From Octopus bimaculoides (lineage: Eukaryota): a stretch of 64,000 nt of DNA. Numbering within the stretch: position 1 is the stretch's first letter; each line of letters starts with the position of its first letter. The notes under the pieces were generated by a model. It searched no databases. It saw only the letters and a program-made list of their open reading frames with translations, and was not told the origin of the DNA. The stretch is from assembly GCF_001194135.2 (NCBI RefSeq), contig NC_068983.1, forward strand, positions 33,717,397-33,781,396, given 5' to 3'. Positions 26,540-39,869 of the stretch are shown here, one piece after another. A program made the position numbers and the translations under genes.

Positions 26540-27200
26540 CTCTCTGTCATTGATGTCACTGATGTAAATAATAGAAAGAAGTTGACCCAATACAGTGCCT
26601 TGTAGGACTCCACTTTTGGCTCTTTCAGAGCTTAATCGAACATCACGTATTACGACATTTTGGGTTCTGCTCACCAGAAAACAAACAATCCACTTTAATA
26701 AGTTGCCTGGCACTCCGATTTTAGATAATTTTCGTAATAGGATGCTGTGATCAACCCTTTCCAAAGTGTTGCTGAAATCAAGATAGATGATATCCGCTAT
26801 TACTTTCTAGGAAATGAGTTACTCAAAATCGTACAACAATCTCAAATGATTTGACGATACAAGAGATAAGTGAGATTGGTTGATAATTCACTGGCAGCGA
26901 ATGTGTTACCATTTCCGTTTCGAAAATAGGGACAAGTGGCTCGGACTGGGGATTATCGGGAATATAACCAGCGTCCAGTGATTTCCTCCAGGGAACAGCT
27001 AAAGGGAATACCAGTTGATGTCGGTACTACTGCAAGATCCTGGTGAGGAGCCTGTCGGGGCCTGCAGCTGAGTTACTTGTAATTTTGTAGATACTTGCTA
27101 TGATATCTGGGGTACCGAATGTTATGTCGGACATGGTGCAGTGGGGGTTTGTTTCACCGTCAGGATTAACTATCTTCAGATTGCTGAAAGTAAAGCAGAA
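26540..27200 (-). mobile_element. CR1-like LINE reverse transcriptase remnant
   Basis: SAAGPD, WRKSLDAGYIP, VNYQPISLISCIVKSFE, ADIIYLDFSNTLERVDHSILLRKL, SGVLQGTVLGQLLSIIYISDI. Confidence 0.9.
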
Positions 27201-27669
27201 TCTTAACTATGTCTTCTGCTCCATTATGCAGAGCGTCATTTTCATTTGCCAGTCTGTCTCTCACTTTCTATTATGTGTGTGCATGCGTGTATGTGTATGT
27301 ATCTATGTATTTTCGTATGCCTGCATGTATATCAGACCGAAGTTCTATCATATAGAATAGAATGTTGCTGGCCAATATACATATAATACATGAACATATT
27401 TACTGCAACACACCCACACATACACACTTATCAATAGCCTGAGGGTCAGACGTAAAATTAATAGTTATTGTTGACTTAAAACTTTTAAACTTGTTTGGAA
27501 GAATCCAGTTTGTACAAATTGAACAAAGAACGAGAGCAGAAAATTAATTAAAATGTAGCGTGAAATAAAGAAATAACGAAATCGCTGAAGGGAGACAATC
27601 GGTATTTTTAGAATTTTCACAGTGATTGATTTATGAAATCGATTTTATACAAGCACATACATGTATATA

Positions 27670-27717
<48 letters not shown>

Positions 27718-29415
27718 NNNNNNNNNNNNNNNNNNNNNNNNNNNNNNNNNNNNNNNNNNNNNNNNNNNNNNNNNNNNNNNNNNNNNNNNNNNNNNNNNNN
27801 NNNNNNNNNNNNNNNNNNNNNNNNNNNNNNNNNNNNNNNNNNNNNNNNNNNNNNNNNNNNNNNNNNNNNNNNNNNNNNNNNNNNNNNNNNNNNNNNNNNN
27901 NNNNNNNNNNNNNNNNNNNNNNNNNNNNNNNNNNNNNNNNNNNNNNNNNNNNNNNNNNNNNNNNNNNNNNNNNNNNNNNNNNNNNNNNNNNNNNNNNNNN
28001 NNNNNNNNNNNNNNNNNNNNNNNNNNNNNNNNNNNNNNNNNNNNNNNNNNNNNNNNNNNNNNNNNNNNNNNNNNNNNNNNNNNNNNNNNNNNNNNNNNNN
28101 NNNNNNNNNNNNNNNNNNNNNNNNNNNNNNNNNNNNNNNNNNNNNNNNNNNNNNNNNNNNNNNNNNNNNNNNNNNNNNNNNNNNNNNNNNNNNNNNNNNN
28201 NNNNNNNNNNNNNNNNNNNNNNNNNNNNNNNNNNNNNNNNNNNNNNNNNNNNNNNNNNNNNNNNNNNNNNNNNNNNNNNNNNNNNNNNNNNNNNNNNNNN
28301 NNNNNNNNNNNNNNNNNNNNNNNNNNNNNNNNNNNNNNNNNNNNNNNNNNNNNNNNNNNNNNNNNNNNNNNNNNNNNNNNNNNNNNNNNNNNNNNNNNNN
28401 NNNNNNNNNNNNNNNNNNNNNNNNNNNNNNNNNNNNNNNNNNNNNNNNNNNNNNNATATATATTTATATATGTGTGTGTGTGTGTGTGTGTGAGTGTGTG
28501 TGTGTGTGTGCGTGTATGTGTATGTCTGTGTGAATATGTATGCTTATGAAGGAGAGATAATACAGAAACTGAGATGAGAGCAAGAAGAAAAAGACGAACA
28601 AAGCTAACAATAGCAAACAGGGTGAGGAGTGGTCTATATTTCTTTTTTGTTTGATATCTGAATAACTGTCACAATATTTTTCAAGGTTAAAAAATTTTTT
28701 TTTTATTTTTCTATACTTCTGCTTTAATATTACTCTTTCTTTACTTTTCGTCTATTCCTTCCCTCGTGGTGGAACAAATTTTGCAAAAGACTGAACTATT
28801 TTTGGTCGGCTTAATTTGTTTTACATGCTAAAACTTGAGGGCAATAATTCACTAGAGACTATAACATTTGCAGAAGAAGAAAAGATAAGGGGAATATACA
28901 GATGTACAAAAAAAGAGAGAAAAATACAGAAAATGATCGATATTTCAACATAATAAAGTTCAACATCTTAATTATATCTGTAGTTTTCGTCAAAGAAAAA
29001 TGCTAGACCGTGAAGATTTTTCCATTTCAGACATCGTGCGAATTTATTCACATTAATAAGAACTAAAATAATGTTTGAGATTAAATGGATATGTTTTCCT
29101 CACATCTTTTTTACATATGTATGTACATGCATGCATACATACACGCACGTATATACATATGCATACTCACACGTGTGTATATATTCATACAATCACTCCT
29201 ATAATATATATCTACTTTTATAAATAAATATATATATACGGATATATGTGTGTATATATATCTATATATGCGTGTGTGTGTGTGTGTGTATTGTGTGTTT
29301 ATGTGTGTACGTGTATGTCTGGGAGGATATGTATGTCTATTTAGGAGAGATATTACAGAAACTGAGATGGGAGTGAATTCTCCCCCTGTCTATATATATA
29401 ATTATATACATATTT

Positions 29416-29466
<51 letters not shown>

Positions 29467-29560
29467 NNNNNNNNNNNNNNNNNNNNNNNNNNNNNNNNNN
29501 NNNNNNNNNNNNNNNNNNNNNNNNNNNNNNNNNNNNNNNNNNNNNNNNNNNNNNNNNNNN

Positions 29561-29728
29561 TATAAGCCATTTAAAATAACACACAAAATTCGTTAGATTC
29601 ACTTCAACATTTAAATTTAATTTGTCGAAATATTTTCGTCGCTTTGAGACCGCGACCTGTTCACTGACAAAATTCTGTGCTGCACAGTGAATCTAACGAA
29701 TTTTGTGTGTTATTTTAAATGGCTTATA
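29561..29728. mobile_element. Foldback element with perfect 43-bp inverted arms (left arm runs into the N gap)
   Basis: 29561-29603 is the exact reverse complement of 29686-29728. Confidence 0.9.
29621..29671 (-). ncRNA. Type-I minimal hammerhead with G3-C8 compensatory core variant
   Basis: Minus: TTTGTCA-GTGAACA-G-GTCGC-GGTCTCAAA-GCGAC-GAA-AATATT-T-CGACAAA; 6-bp stem I (A.C at the first pair), 5-bp stem II, palindromic stem III. Confidence 0.75.
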
Positions 29729-30371
29729 AACACCTTCCACGCTGCAATTGTTTATATATATATATGGATATACATAAATGCATATATATCCATACAAACG
29801 CACCGATAACACACACACACACACGCACACACACAATCTAAGAGAAACAAATCTGTGGGACGCTCCGTTAGTTTGTCTGTAGACAATAAAATTAGAAACT
29901 TCAACAGAAATTATATCCTATATCGAAATACAGTAACAAGCTTTCCACACCACTGTCTATTTGTCTGTCTCCGTCTCTCTGTCTCTGTCTCCCTGTCTTT
30001 CTCGATTCTCTGTCTTATATTTCTTTGAATCCCCCTGTGTTTGTGTGAACTTATTAATGCATTTTGTATGTAAATTATACATGAATTCCCTGAGAAAGCT
30101 ACCAGAAAATAATAAAATTGCTCACAGATAAGCATTCGTACACATATACAGCAATGTGTGTGTATATATGTGGCTGTCTGTCTGACTGTCCTTCCCTCCA
30201 CCCGTCTATCTATCTATCTGTCTATCTAACTACTTAATTGTGTTTTCAGAAAACATATAGTTATACACATACGCACAAGCACACACACACAGACACACAC
30301 ACACACAAACACACACGCACGCACGCACGCACGTACACACACACACACATACATATTCTTTACTTATTCCA

Positions 30372-30425
30372 GGCATTAGACCGCGGTTATGCTGGAGCTT
30401 TGCCTGAATAATGTTTAGTCGAATA
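30372..30425 (-). mobile_element. SINE 3' fragment (family of 37215)
   Basis: gaccgcggttatgctggagc...tttagtcgaat. Confidence 0.45.
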
Positions 30426-30473
30426 TGTATAGAGGATGGAGCCATATTTGCTCGATCGATCTAGGATTACATA

Positions 30474-31706
30474 AAAAGATCATGAACCGGATTTTCTCGT
30501 CAACCTACAGACTAGGCTGATTAGTCCTTGCAAATTGGATATTGGCCGCATAAGTAAAACAAATTATACACAAAATACCCCCTATTCTCAAGAAGGTTGA
30601 ACAACTGGATCTCTGGTCCGACACTACGGTATGTTTAGTAAGTTACCTCATAAAGTACACACTGAGTTCTTACAGACTGATATAAACTCGTGCTACTCTT
30701 CTGTTAATCTAATACTCATAAATATGGCTCTCATCTTTGCCATGAACAAAGCGTCTTTATTTAGGAAGGAAGTTGATATAATTTTAACAGGTAGGAGAAT
30801 CTTAATAATCTTCAGCGACCAACTATGGACTCATAAAGATAGGACAGAGAATTTTGATTATAACAATAAGTGCATGTGCCTCGGTCCAAGTCACTGACTT
30901 GTTTGTTTCGTCCCTATTGCAGCTATTAAAGTCTGACTTTCCTGAAATAGGAGGTGATCTATATAGGGACAATGCTTTATTCACTTCCTTCAAATATAGC
31001 AAGGTAGAACTTGAGAAAACGAGCAAGAGGATTCGAAGCCTAATCAGTAACTATGGGCTCTCACCTATTACAGACAGAAACCATAAGATAGCAAACTTGT
31101 TGTTACGTTGACCCTCAACACAGGTTGTGTACTTCTTATCAAAAACCATTGATAACTTGTAGTAGTAAACAGATACTTCAGCCAACCCATGGCGGTAGGA
31201 ACATCAATCGTAAATACCGTTTCCACAAGAATATCGAAGCTACCTTCGAATAGAGACACCTATATACAGAACGCCCAGTACTATAGTGAAGGATTGGTTA
31301 GGGGCTGGGTACATAAATATCTCATGCATAGCGGGGGACGCCCTGGTTCCCATTATTAATCACCTCTTGACACATCGAGACTCGGAGTTAAATAGGCAAA
31401 ATCATACACCAGGTAGCACGCATTTACACCCCTAAGGAAGTTGGATAGGTACACAACGCTCCACAAATGAGGTCAATAAGAACTAAGACCCTAATGAAAA
31501 ACTTGTCCAGCAACGCCTTAAGAGAAAGCACAAGAATACACCAGTAAGCAAGGCCTTATTCGGTGCTCTGATCCGCCACACAGAAAACGGAATAACTAGA
31601 CACGCGAGTGGAATATAATATGGTTCAACCTTCTTTTTGTATTGAACATTGCATCCGACATACCTGGCATTTTCTTTAGAGCACTAGACAAGCACTTCAA
31701 TTATTA
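30474..31706 (+). mobile_element. Penelope-like element reverse transcriptase remnant
   Basis: KDHEPDF...RLISPCKLDIGRISK, FLQTDINSCYSSV, QVTDL, GGDLYRDNAL (YxDD decayed), WNIIWFN...IFFRALDKHF; stops and frameshifts; no intact GIY-YIG domain seen. Confidence 0.85.
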
Positions 31707-32029
31707 AACATAAATAAGTCTTGGAATTAAATGGTTTTGATTTACTGTCAGGTGACCTTTGGCCAACCTGTATATATGTAATCATGTGTATGTGGGTGTG
31801 TGTGTATGTGTGTATGTGTGTGGCAGTGCATATATATACATATATACATGCATACATATATATATAAGCATATATATATATGCATATATAATATAGATAT
31901 GTATGTATATATANNNNNNNNNNNNNNNNNNNNNNNNNNNNNNNNNNNNNNNNNNNNNNNNNNNNNNNNNNNNNNNNNNNNNNNNNNNNNNNNNNNNNNN
32001 NNNNNNNNNNNNNNNNNNNNNNNNNNNNN

Positions 32030-32064
<35 letters not shown>

Positions 32065-32909
32065 TATATATACATATATACATATACATATATACATATA
32101 TACATATATATGCATATATATATACACATATATACATATATACATAATTACATACACATATATATGCATGTGTGTGTGTATTTATATAAATAAGATCTAG
32201 GGTTCGAGGTGTAGGAAGGAAGGTAGCTTCAAGTAATCCGTAGTAAATATTAAAAAAAAACAAGTTTTAGGTACAACAGTGGTTTATCTACTCCATTCCT
32301 TAACTATTGTGTGTATATATATGTATATATATATATATTTTTTCAATGTATATATGTATATATGTATGTGTGTGTGTGTGTATGCATGTATGACTAATCA
32401 TTTCACTGTCTGTACATTTTATTTGTTTAGCCAAATTTGTTATAACTTAGTTTATTATTCTCCTGACCACTCTTTAATTAAACTCTAAATTCATAAATTC
32501 TGCTTTAACTTTTTGGGACACAGCCCTCTATTAGATGCCTCCTCTTTCTCTTTTTCTGCTTATCTTTGCTTCTCTTTTCCTTTGCCTACACTCTCTACGC
32601 TCACAAAATAAGTCTGCTAGCTGGGAGGGGATTTATGCTGCCCTACCATTAACCACAGAATTCCCCTGCTGCAGACATCGCAAATATTCTCATTATGTGA
32701 TTCCTGGGCAATTTCCAAGTTATCTGTTAAACAGCTTCTTTTCACTTTCAGTTGTTGCTGATGAATATCTTCTACTGGTCAAATTAAATTTCACCCATCA
32801 AACGAATTTCGGTATCAGTGGAACTGCTTGCACTGACCGACCACAAGCATACGCCAAGATAAACTGTTTTGTTGTATATAGCCCTAGCTAATCTATCTAT
32901 GTTGTTTAG

Positions 32910-33058
32910 CTTCTTCTTCTTCTTCTTCTTCTTCTTCTTCTTCTTCTTCTTCTTCTTCTTCTTCTTCTTCTTCTTCTTCTTCTTCTTCTTCTTCTTCTTC
33001 TTCTTCTTCTTTCTCTTCTTCTTCTTCTTTTTCTTCTTCTTTTTCTTCTTCTTCTTCT
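32910..33058. repeat. (CTT)n microsatellite
   Basis: Seen directly. Confidence 0.95.
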
Positions 33059-34898
33059 TACAGAATCTCTACCACACTTACCACACATCCACACTTTTAC
33101 TTTTTTTTTGGTCCTTCCCGATATAAGCCAAAAACAAGGTCTGGAAGAGGCACAATCTGACAACACACCTTCGATGCATATCTGATGAAGTGCCTTTTTA
33201 ATATTTGAAATCATAAACATTACGTAAATTTTCACTTCGAATATTTGCATAAACTAGCGTTGCAAACAAAGTTGGTACAGAAACAATTGTAACGAATGAT
33301 TAAAGATGTATAAAGAATTTTCTGTCGCTAAAGCCTCTTTACAGTGTAATAGTTATGACACTTGTATTTTCTACACCTGAGGAATCCCAGGTTTGTCCTG
33401 GAACCCGACAGTGTTGACAGCCTAATATTCGAGTTGAGTGACTCTCTGCAAATTCGCTAACTCCACACCCTACCCGACTACCAGTGCATCATATATGTGT
33501 ATATATATGTGTGTGTATCTGTGTGCGGTCGAGAAGTAGACTCCTTCCCAAGAAAGTCACATCTGTGCCTATGTATGTGTGTGTGTATGTGTGTTTACTC
33601 GATCCTTCGTTGCTTATGTGTGAATGCGTATTAGTTATTCTGTATGAAACATTAAAGATTGCACAAACAATACACATGTGATACAATATGCAGGAAAACG
33701 TGTCACAGAAATTTCAAGACATTCCGGTTAATGTATTTCTCTTCAAATTAAACACTATAGTACATATGTTAATGTACTATAGGAACGTTGAATATTGTCA
33801 ATTATAAGTTAAATATCAGCAGCCAATTTTGTCATCAAGTATTATTTAAACTCAATTAAAATACGTAAATCCTATTCGTTATATAGACAAATGAATATAT
33901 TTCACAGATATGAGTTCAGGTTAGGACATAAGAATGCTTACACAACATATTGCTTTCATTCAAAAGTCATTGGTTTAGTTCTATGATCAATCATTCTTGT
34001 TTAAATACTTAAAGAAAGTGTCTTCGAATTTTGTTTACCTGCCTGAAGTGTTGCTAAGTTTCAGATGACATTTCCTAGGTACGATATATTCTTGTGAAAT
34101 ATTCAAATATCTTAGGTAAACTACTGCAAAAATTCCATCTTCATATGCGCACGGACCCTGAATGAAACTATTTCCAGAAACCGCACACGTAAACTTCAAT
34201 CAAGGAGATATCTTCATGCCACATTAACAGATTATGGGAAGCTACAGTCAAAGACATAATATTACAGCATCAAATCGCATCAACTCTGCACTTGATTCTC
34301 GACATCTCTTAATACTCTTCTTTTGTGGATTACTGTCTCGACAAAATTCTACAGGTCAAATTCGAAGTACACATGTTTACTTTTATACATACCATTCATT
34401 TATGCACCCATTGACTTTCGGTTACATGATTTACACATTTACGTATATTTGTTTTTGTCATTATTTCCGCAAATAAGATTTGTGAAAGATGAAATTTATA
34501 CGAGAAAGAAAACCTGAGGTATTGTTGCATGTGGTCAAGTAATTCTGATCTGTGTATGGTATTTTACCATAAAGAAAATACTTTGCGTTATCTTTGTCCA
34601 ACTAATAACTGAGTTTCAATCAGATATATTGGTCGATGTGAAATTTGAGGTTTCATGGTTTCAATAAATTTGAAATTGTTAGTTGTAAACAGAAATAAAA
34701 TAATTTTAAATATGTTTCAACAGTTATTATTAAAGTGTTCAGCATTTATTAATGTTAGATGAATGCAAATTCAGATCCAGGTGAGTGCGAATTACCAATC
34801 CAGGCATTATTCGTTCATCTTGATGTACACACATACACACACACACACACACGCACACGCACACACACACACACATACACACACACGCACAAACAAAA

Positions 34899-34959
<61 letters not shown>

Positions 34960-36693
34960 AACACACACGCACACACACACAGATGCTCATGTGATTATAA
35001 AAAAGAGTATAAAGTACACTAGCCGAGGGTTATATGTACTTTCAACAACACCAAAAAAAAAAAAAAAAGAAACCGTCAAGTTTGTGGAAAGTCTGTCAAA
35101 ATATTCCAAGAATTTTTCTCGAAAGAATTAAACGATCCGGATAAGTAAGGTCTGATGCACATTGACTCCTATTTTATTTTTGTTAGATATATTTCTGGCA
35201 CAAACCTAGTACCTATAATCTATGACAAAAGTGGTAAAACCTTATATGAAGCAACAAATTTCTTCACAATATTCGATTATTTTCGTTCTTCTTTTGGAAA
35301 AGTGGACTTTATGTATAAATATTGTAAATTTATTAAAAACAAATAACAGAATATATTTTCTCTTCCATATTTCGCCTAACATTTTTCGTGCAAAGCACAA
35401 CGGTTTTCTCAAGCAATCATACGACTCATTATGATATGACATGTCTGCATATATATGTTTGTGTCTGTGTGTGTCTGTGTACACCATTCTCTCTTTCTCT
35501 TTCTCTTTCTCCCTCTCTCTCTACATAGAGTGATCGGGAGAGAGAAAGTGAGAGAGAGAGGGAGAGGAAAAGAATAAAAAAAAATTGTGTAAAACCCTTA
35601 TAGTATGCTATACAAAGCCCGTACACATTTATTAGCAACAGAATGTCACGATACACTAGATATACATCTGGAATTCTGAAATTCCATGGAATACTTAGAG
35701 TTTATACAAGAGAAAACGGATTGAACGACATTCTTATATTCATATCACACATGTAAAGCATTCGTGAGATAATATAATTAACATATATCATAAATCTAAA
35801 GTACTCCTTTCCTGCTACAACTAAACATTTGGCTTCCTCCAGTACCAGAATCTGTCAGTATAGGAAGTTAAATTATGTTTGTCTAGTTTGTATATGCTTT
35901 TCTGTAATAAATCCTTTACAAGTAGGTAGTTGACAAGCGCGAAAATGGTCAGTCCTTATCACTTTACGACAGTATTATCTCTAAATGCTTAATGTCATTT
36001 TTTATTTTGTGATTTTTTTCTTCCAAATAATCTGATTATGAAGATAGAATTGTACATTGAGAACTGACGTTCCCAAACCGTCAAATGTCTTCTTTCAAAT
36101 TTCATAATTTCTTTTCTTTTTCTGTTTGAAATATTTACACGTTTATTCGCCGTATGTTCTCTCTACAGTAAAACAATGAAATAAACCTACAAGTGTTGAA
36201 GAGAAACTGCTGAGAACTATGCAAACAGTATAAGAGTGGGAAATACGTCTTTCTTTCTGATTAATCTGAATAACGATTTTAAGAAACATAACTTGTGAAT
36301 GAAGTTGAAGTGTAGTGAATGGTTTAGTACAATTAATGTTTACTTTCCTATGAAGCATCGACGAACATTTATTATTATCGTAGTAGGCATTATAATCTTA
36401 ATGGGTGTTGAATTAAGCTATTAGCTGTGAAGTGTGAGTGTGTCACTCTATTAAATTACTGTCTTGAGTCATGTTTCTTATATAAAGTGGCATTAGTATC
36501 ATCGCTGTTATTTTTTTTTCTTTCAACAGAGATTTTCAATCAACATACGAAATACACACACTAAATATACAGATTTATTTTCAATTTTTTTTTCAATCTT
36601 TTTCATGTCTCATAGAGAACGCCATTTCAAAATACATGACATATATGTATGTATCTATGAATGTACGTATGTATGTGTATGAATGTACTTGTG

Positions 36694-36740
<47 letters not shown>

Positions 36741-36774
36741 NNNNNNNNNNNNNNNNNNNTATATATATTATGAT

Positions 36775-36961
36775 TGACCGTTGACTGAACACTATTCAAT
36801 TTTTTTCTCCGTGTTTTTCTCCTTGTCTCCGTATTCTTTCTGTTGAAGAGCGTAGCTCGAAACGTCAAAGACTTTCCGTATTCCCGAGCGTCATACTAAT
36901 ATATACTTTTGTTATTTACACCACCTGTCCTCGTCTGTTGTTATTTTTTGTATATTCTCCC
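36775..36961 (+). mobile_element. PLE pseudo-LTR-like fragment between (TA)n runs, containing a minimal hammerhead
   Basis: Contains ...gaagagcgtagctcgaaacgtc..., the typical PLE terminal motif; flanked by TA repeats. Confidence 0.65.
36835..36871 (+). ncRNA. Minimal type-I hammerhead motif with A6U substitution
   Basis: TCTTT-CTGTTGA-A-GAGC-GTA-GCTC-GAA-ACGT-C-AAAGA: 5-bp stem I, 4-bp stem II, ACGU palindrome, GUC. Confidence 0.7.
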
Positions 36962-37214
36962 ATATATATATATATATATATATTCTATATACTGAAAACA
37001 CAGTCACAACCATCTAGATAAAAAATATATGGCATAAACACATATGCAAGTACAGGCATATTCATAAACTTTTTCGACGAAAAAGAAAATAGTCTCCAGT
37101 AGCTTCAGACATCTTTGTATTTGGCCAATTATATAGATTCAATGAATTTTAATTCCGGTCAACTAAATGAAATTTATACATAAATAATTTATGTATGCGT
37201 CTTTGTTTTATCTC

Positions 37215-37581
37215 TTTTATGAGTGACTGGACTGTAGCCATTCTGGTGCACCGAATTAAAAGGTTTAGTCGAACAAATCTATCGCAAGGCTTTTTTTTTC
37301 AGCCCAGTACTTATTCTATCGGTGCTTAACTGAACTGCTAGATTACACTGGTTGTTCAGTGTGGTTGTTGGCGAGGTAGTGGGGGGGGGGGGGGGTGCAA
37401 ACGCAAAGGCATATGCATACGTAAATACATAAATGTGTGTGTGTATATGTGTGTGTGTGCGTGCGCCGTGGTTCTCTCAGAAACCGTTTACCGAAAGGAT
37501 TTGCAGTTCTGAGGCCGGCCCGAAGCAATAGAAGCACTTGCCTCTGATATTACTTCTTACCAAAAAGCATAACTCGCGCCT

Positions 37582-37582
<1 letters not shown>
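37215..37582 (-). mobile_element. Degenerate tRNA/CORE-type SINE (family B)
   Basis: ctgtagccattctggtgcaccg...tttagtcgaacaaatc...agtacttattctatcggt...ggcccgaagcaatagaagcacttgcc...cttcttacca; resembles a recalled Octopus SINE. Confidence 0.7.
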
Positions 37583-37631
<49 letters not shown>

Positions 37632-37658
37632 CTGTATATACATACACCCCAACCACAC

Positions 37659-37704
<46 letters not shown>

Positions 37705-38155
37705 GCACGTACATATTATTAAATCTCAACAGTGTTAATATAGCATAATACAAACATATTTTATAAGTGAGACAAAAAAACAAAAAGAAAAAAACAGAAA
37801 CGTCTTCAAGTATTCACAGAGAAGATTATTCGTAGAAGAAAACCATTTAGTCAGAAACATCATTATAAATATTTTTGATTATGAGGGGTTTTGTACTCGT
37901 CTGACTGGTATATAAAAAGAAATAGATTAAATCATGACAATATTTATTAATAGGACGCTATCTGAGAAAGAAGATCCCAATCAGATATAGCAAAGAATCT
38001 TTCGGTGTCTCTGTCCCGTTGAGTCTGTCTGCCTGTCTCTTTAACGCTTCGTCTATCAATCTATCAATCAAAACTCCCAGGCAAAATATCTGTTGTATAC
38101 ATATAAGTATATATAGACATACAATATATATATATGTGTGTGTGTGAGTGTGTGT

Positions 38156-38187
<32 letters not shown>

Positions 38188-39681
38188 AACAACTACGTGT
38201 GCATAGAGACAAACTTAATTAAAACCCTGATACTTAATTCATTTATATGCTTATATATGGTGTATGATATTAAAAAGAGCCAAAGAATGTCTTTGACACA
38301 AACGAATTTGGATTAATATTATTTGAGATATATAGAAATATATTTCGATAGATGTAGATTCTATTTACTTAATTATTTTTGTCAGTTCTAATTTTTAAAA
38401 ATTGTACTTGTTATGTAGTTGAAACGTTAACGCTTACGCTCCAAAACATAGTTATTTGAATCAATTTTTTTTTTTTTACAATCTGGCACGGAATTTCATG
38501 TTTTTTTTTTAAACCAAAACCCGAAGAGACTGATATACGTGAATATGAATTGTTTATAGATCAAATGATGTATATAAGTCGAAACAAATTGTTGTTTTTT
38601 TTGTTCTTGAATAATTTTTAACGTTATCCTGTACTATATTATATTCATTGAATGTTATGTTATATTTTAATNNNNNNNNNNNNNNNNNNNNNNNNNNNNN
38701 NNNNNNNNNNNNNNNNNNNNNNNNNNNNNNNNNNNNNNNNNNNNNNNNNNNNNNNNNNNNNNNNNNNNNNNNNNNNNNNNNNNNNNNNNNNNNNNNNNNN
38801 NNNNNNNNNNNNNNNNNNNNNNNNNNNNNNNNNNNNNNNNNNNNNNNNNNNNNNNNNNNNNNNNNNNNNNNNNNNNNNNNNNNNNNNNNNNNNNNNNNNN
38901 NNNNNNNNNNNNNNNNNNNNNNNNNNNNNNNNNNNNNNNNNNNNNNNNNNNNNNNNNNNNNNNNNNNNNNNNNNNNNNNNNNNNNNNNNNNNNNTAGAGA
39001 GATAGATAGATAGAGAAAGAGAGAGACAGAGAGGCAATTATGCGGATAAACAAATTAAATGAATTAAATATATCAAATACAGTAATTTGGGTTTGAAATA
39101 CAAAATATGTTTATATGTATACGTGCAAAACGAAAAAAGCAAACGATAGAGACTTTCAGATGATTAATTTTTGAGTTTAAATATATAGATATTTATATTA
39201 TAGGTCCAACTTACACCGAGGACAAACAACAGAGAAAATTAAAGAGGTGGAGGAAAGGTGTGATAAATCTAACGGCTGTTTCCGTGGGCTCGATGAACCA
39301 TAATAATTTTTATAGATTTACTTCAAAATATGCGGCCGTATGAATGCAGTAAACATTGGATGAGACAAGCGTTCGTTATGAGGGTATAGACAATCTTTCA
39401 TTTCGGATCTGAAAAGCACAAATAAGTTTGGTTGATAATATTCCGTTCACACGGGCGGATAGCACTTTTGTTCACGTGATTTCGATGGATCATCTGCAAC
39501 AGGCAGTGAGACACCAAGTGCGTGTCCGGAACTTAGCTAAACCAATACAGTTTAGCGTAGGCTAAATTACAAGTGATGTCAAGAAAAGCTGGTAGGCTGT
39601 GTATAAATTAGTTATTAGCGATGGAATTTGTCTTTGTTATGAATATTAATTAGCACATCAAACCTAACTTGGATGTGCTGC

Positions 39682-39869
39682 TATAACGCCTAGTACTGCG
39701 GTAACCCTCCCGAGGAATCATCTCGTGCAGACGACAAATGCTAAAATGCACAGATCATATTCGCCAGTTCTGATGAAGTATCCTCAGTTGATATTATCTG
39801 TACTTTTTATCCTTTTTCGTCTGCACGAGATGATTTCTTGGGACAATTACCGCAGTCATTGGTGTTATA
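39682..39869. mobile_element. About 190-bp foldback element with about 79-bp imperfect arms
   Basis: aatcatctcgtgcagacga (39716-39734) exactly inverted at about 39817-39835; arms extend at roughly 75-80% identity; 30-nt loop 39761-39790. Confidence 0.85.

Noticed and set aside
31749-31775. Tc1-like terminal motif (minus tacaggttggccaaaggtcacc)
   Set aside because: No matching partner end found; adjacent to a gap.
34759-34786. 22-nt micro-exon candidate (tgttag|ATGAATGCAAATTCAGATCCAG|gtgagt)
   Set aside because: Too short to distinguish from chance without RNA data.
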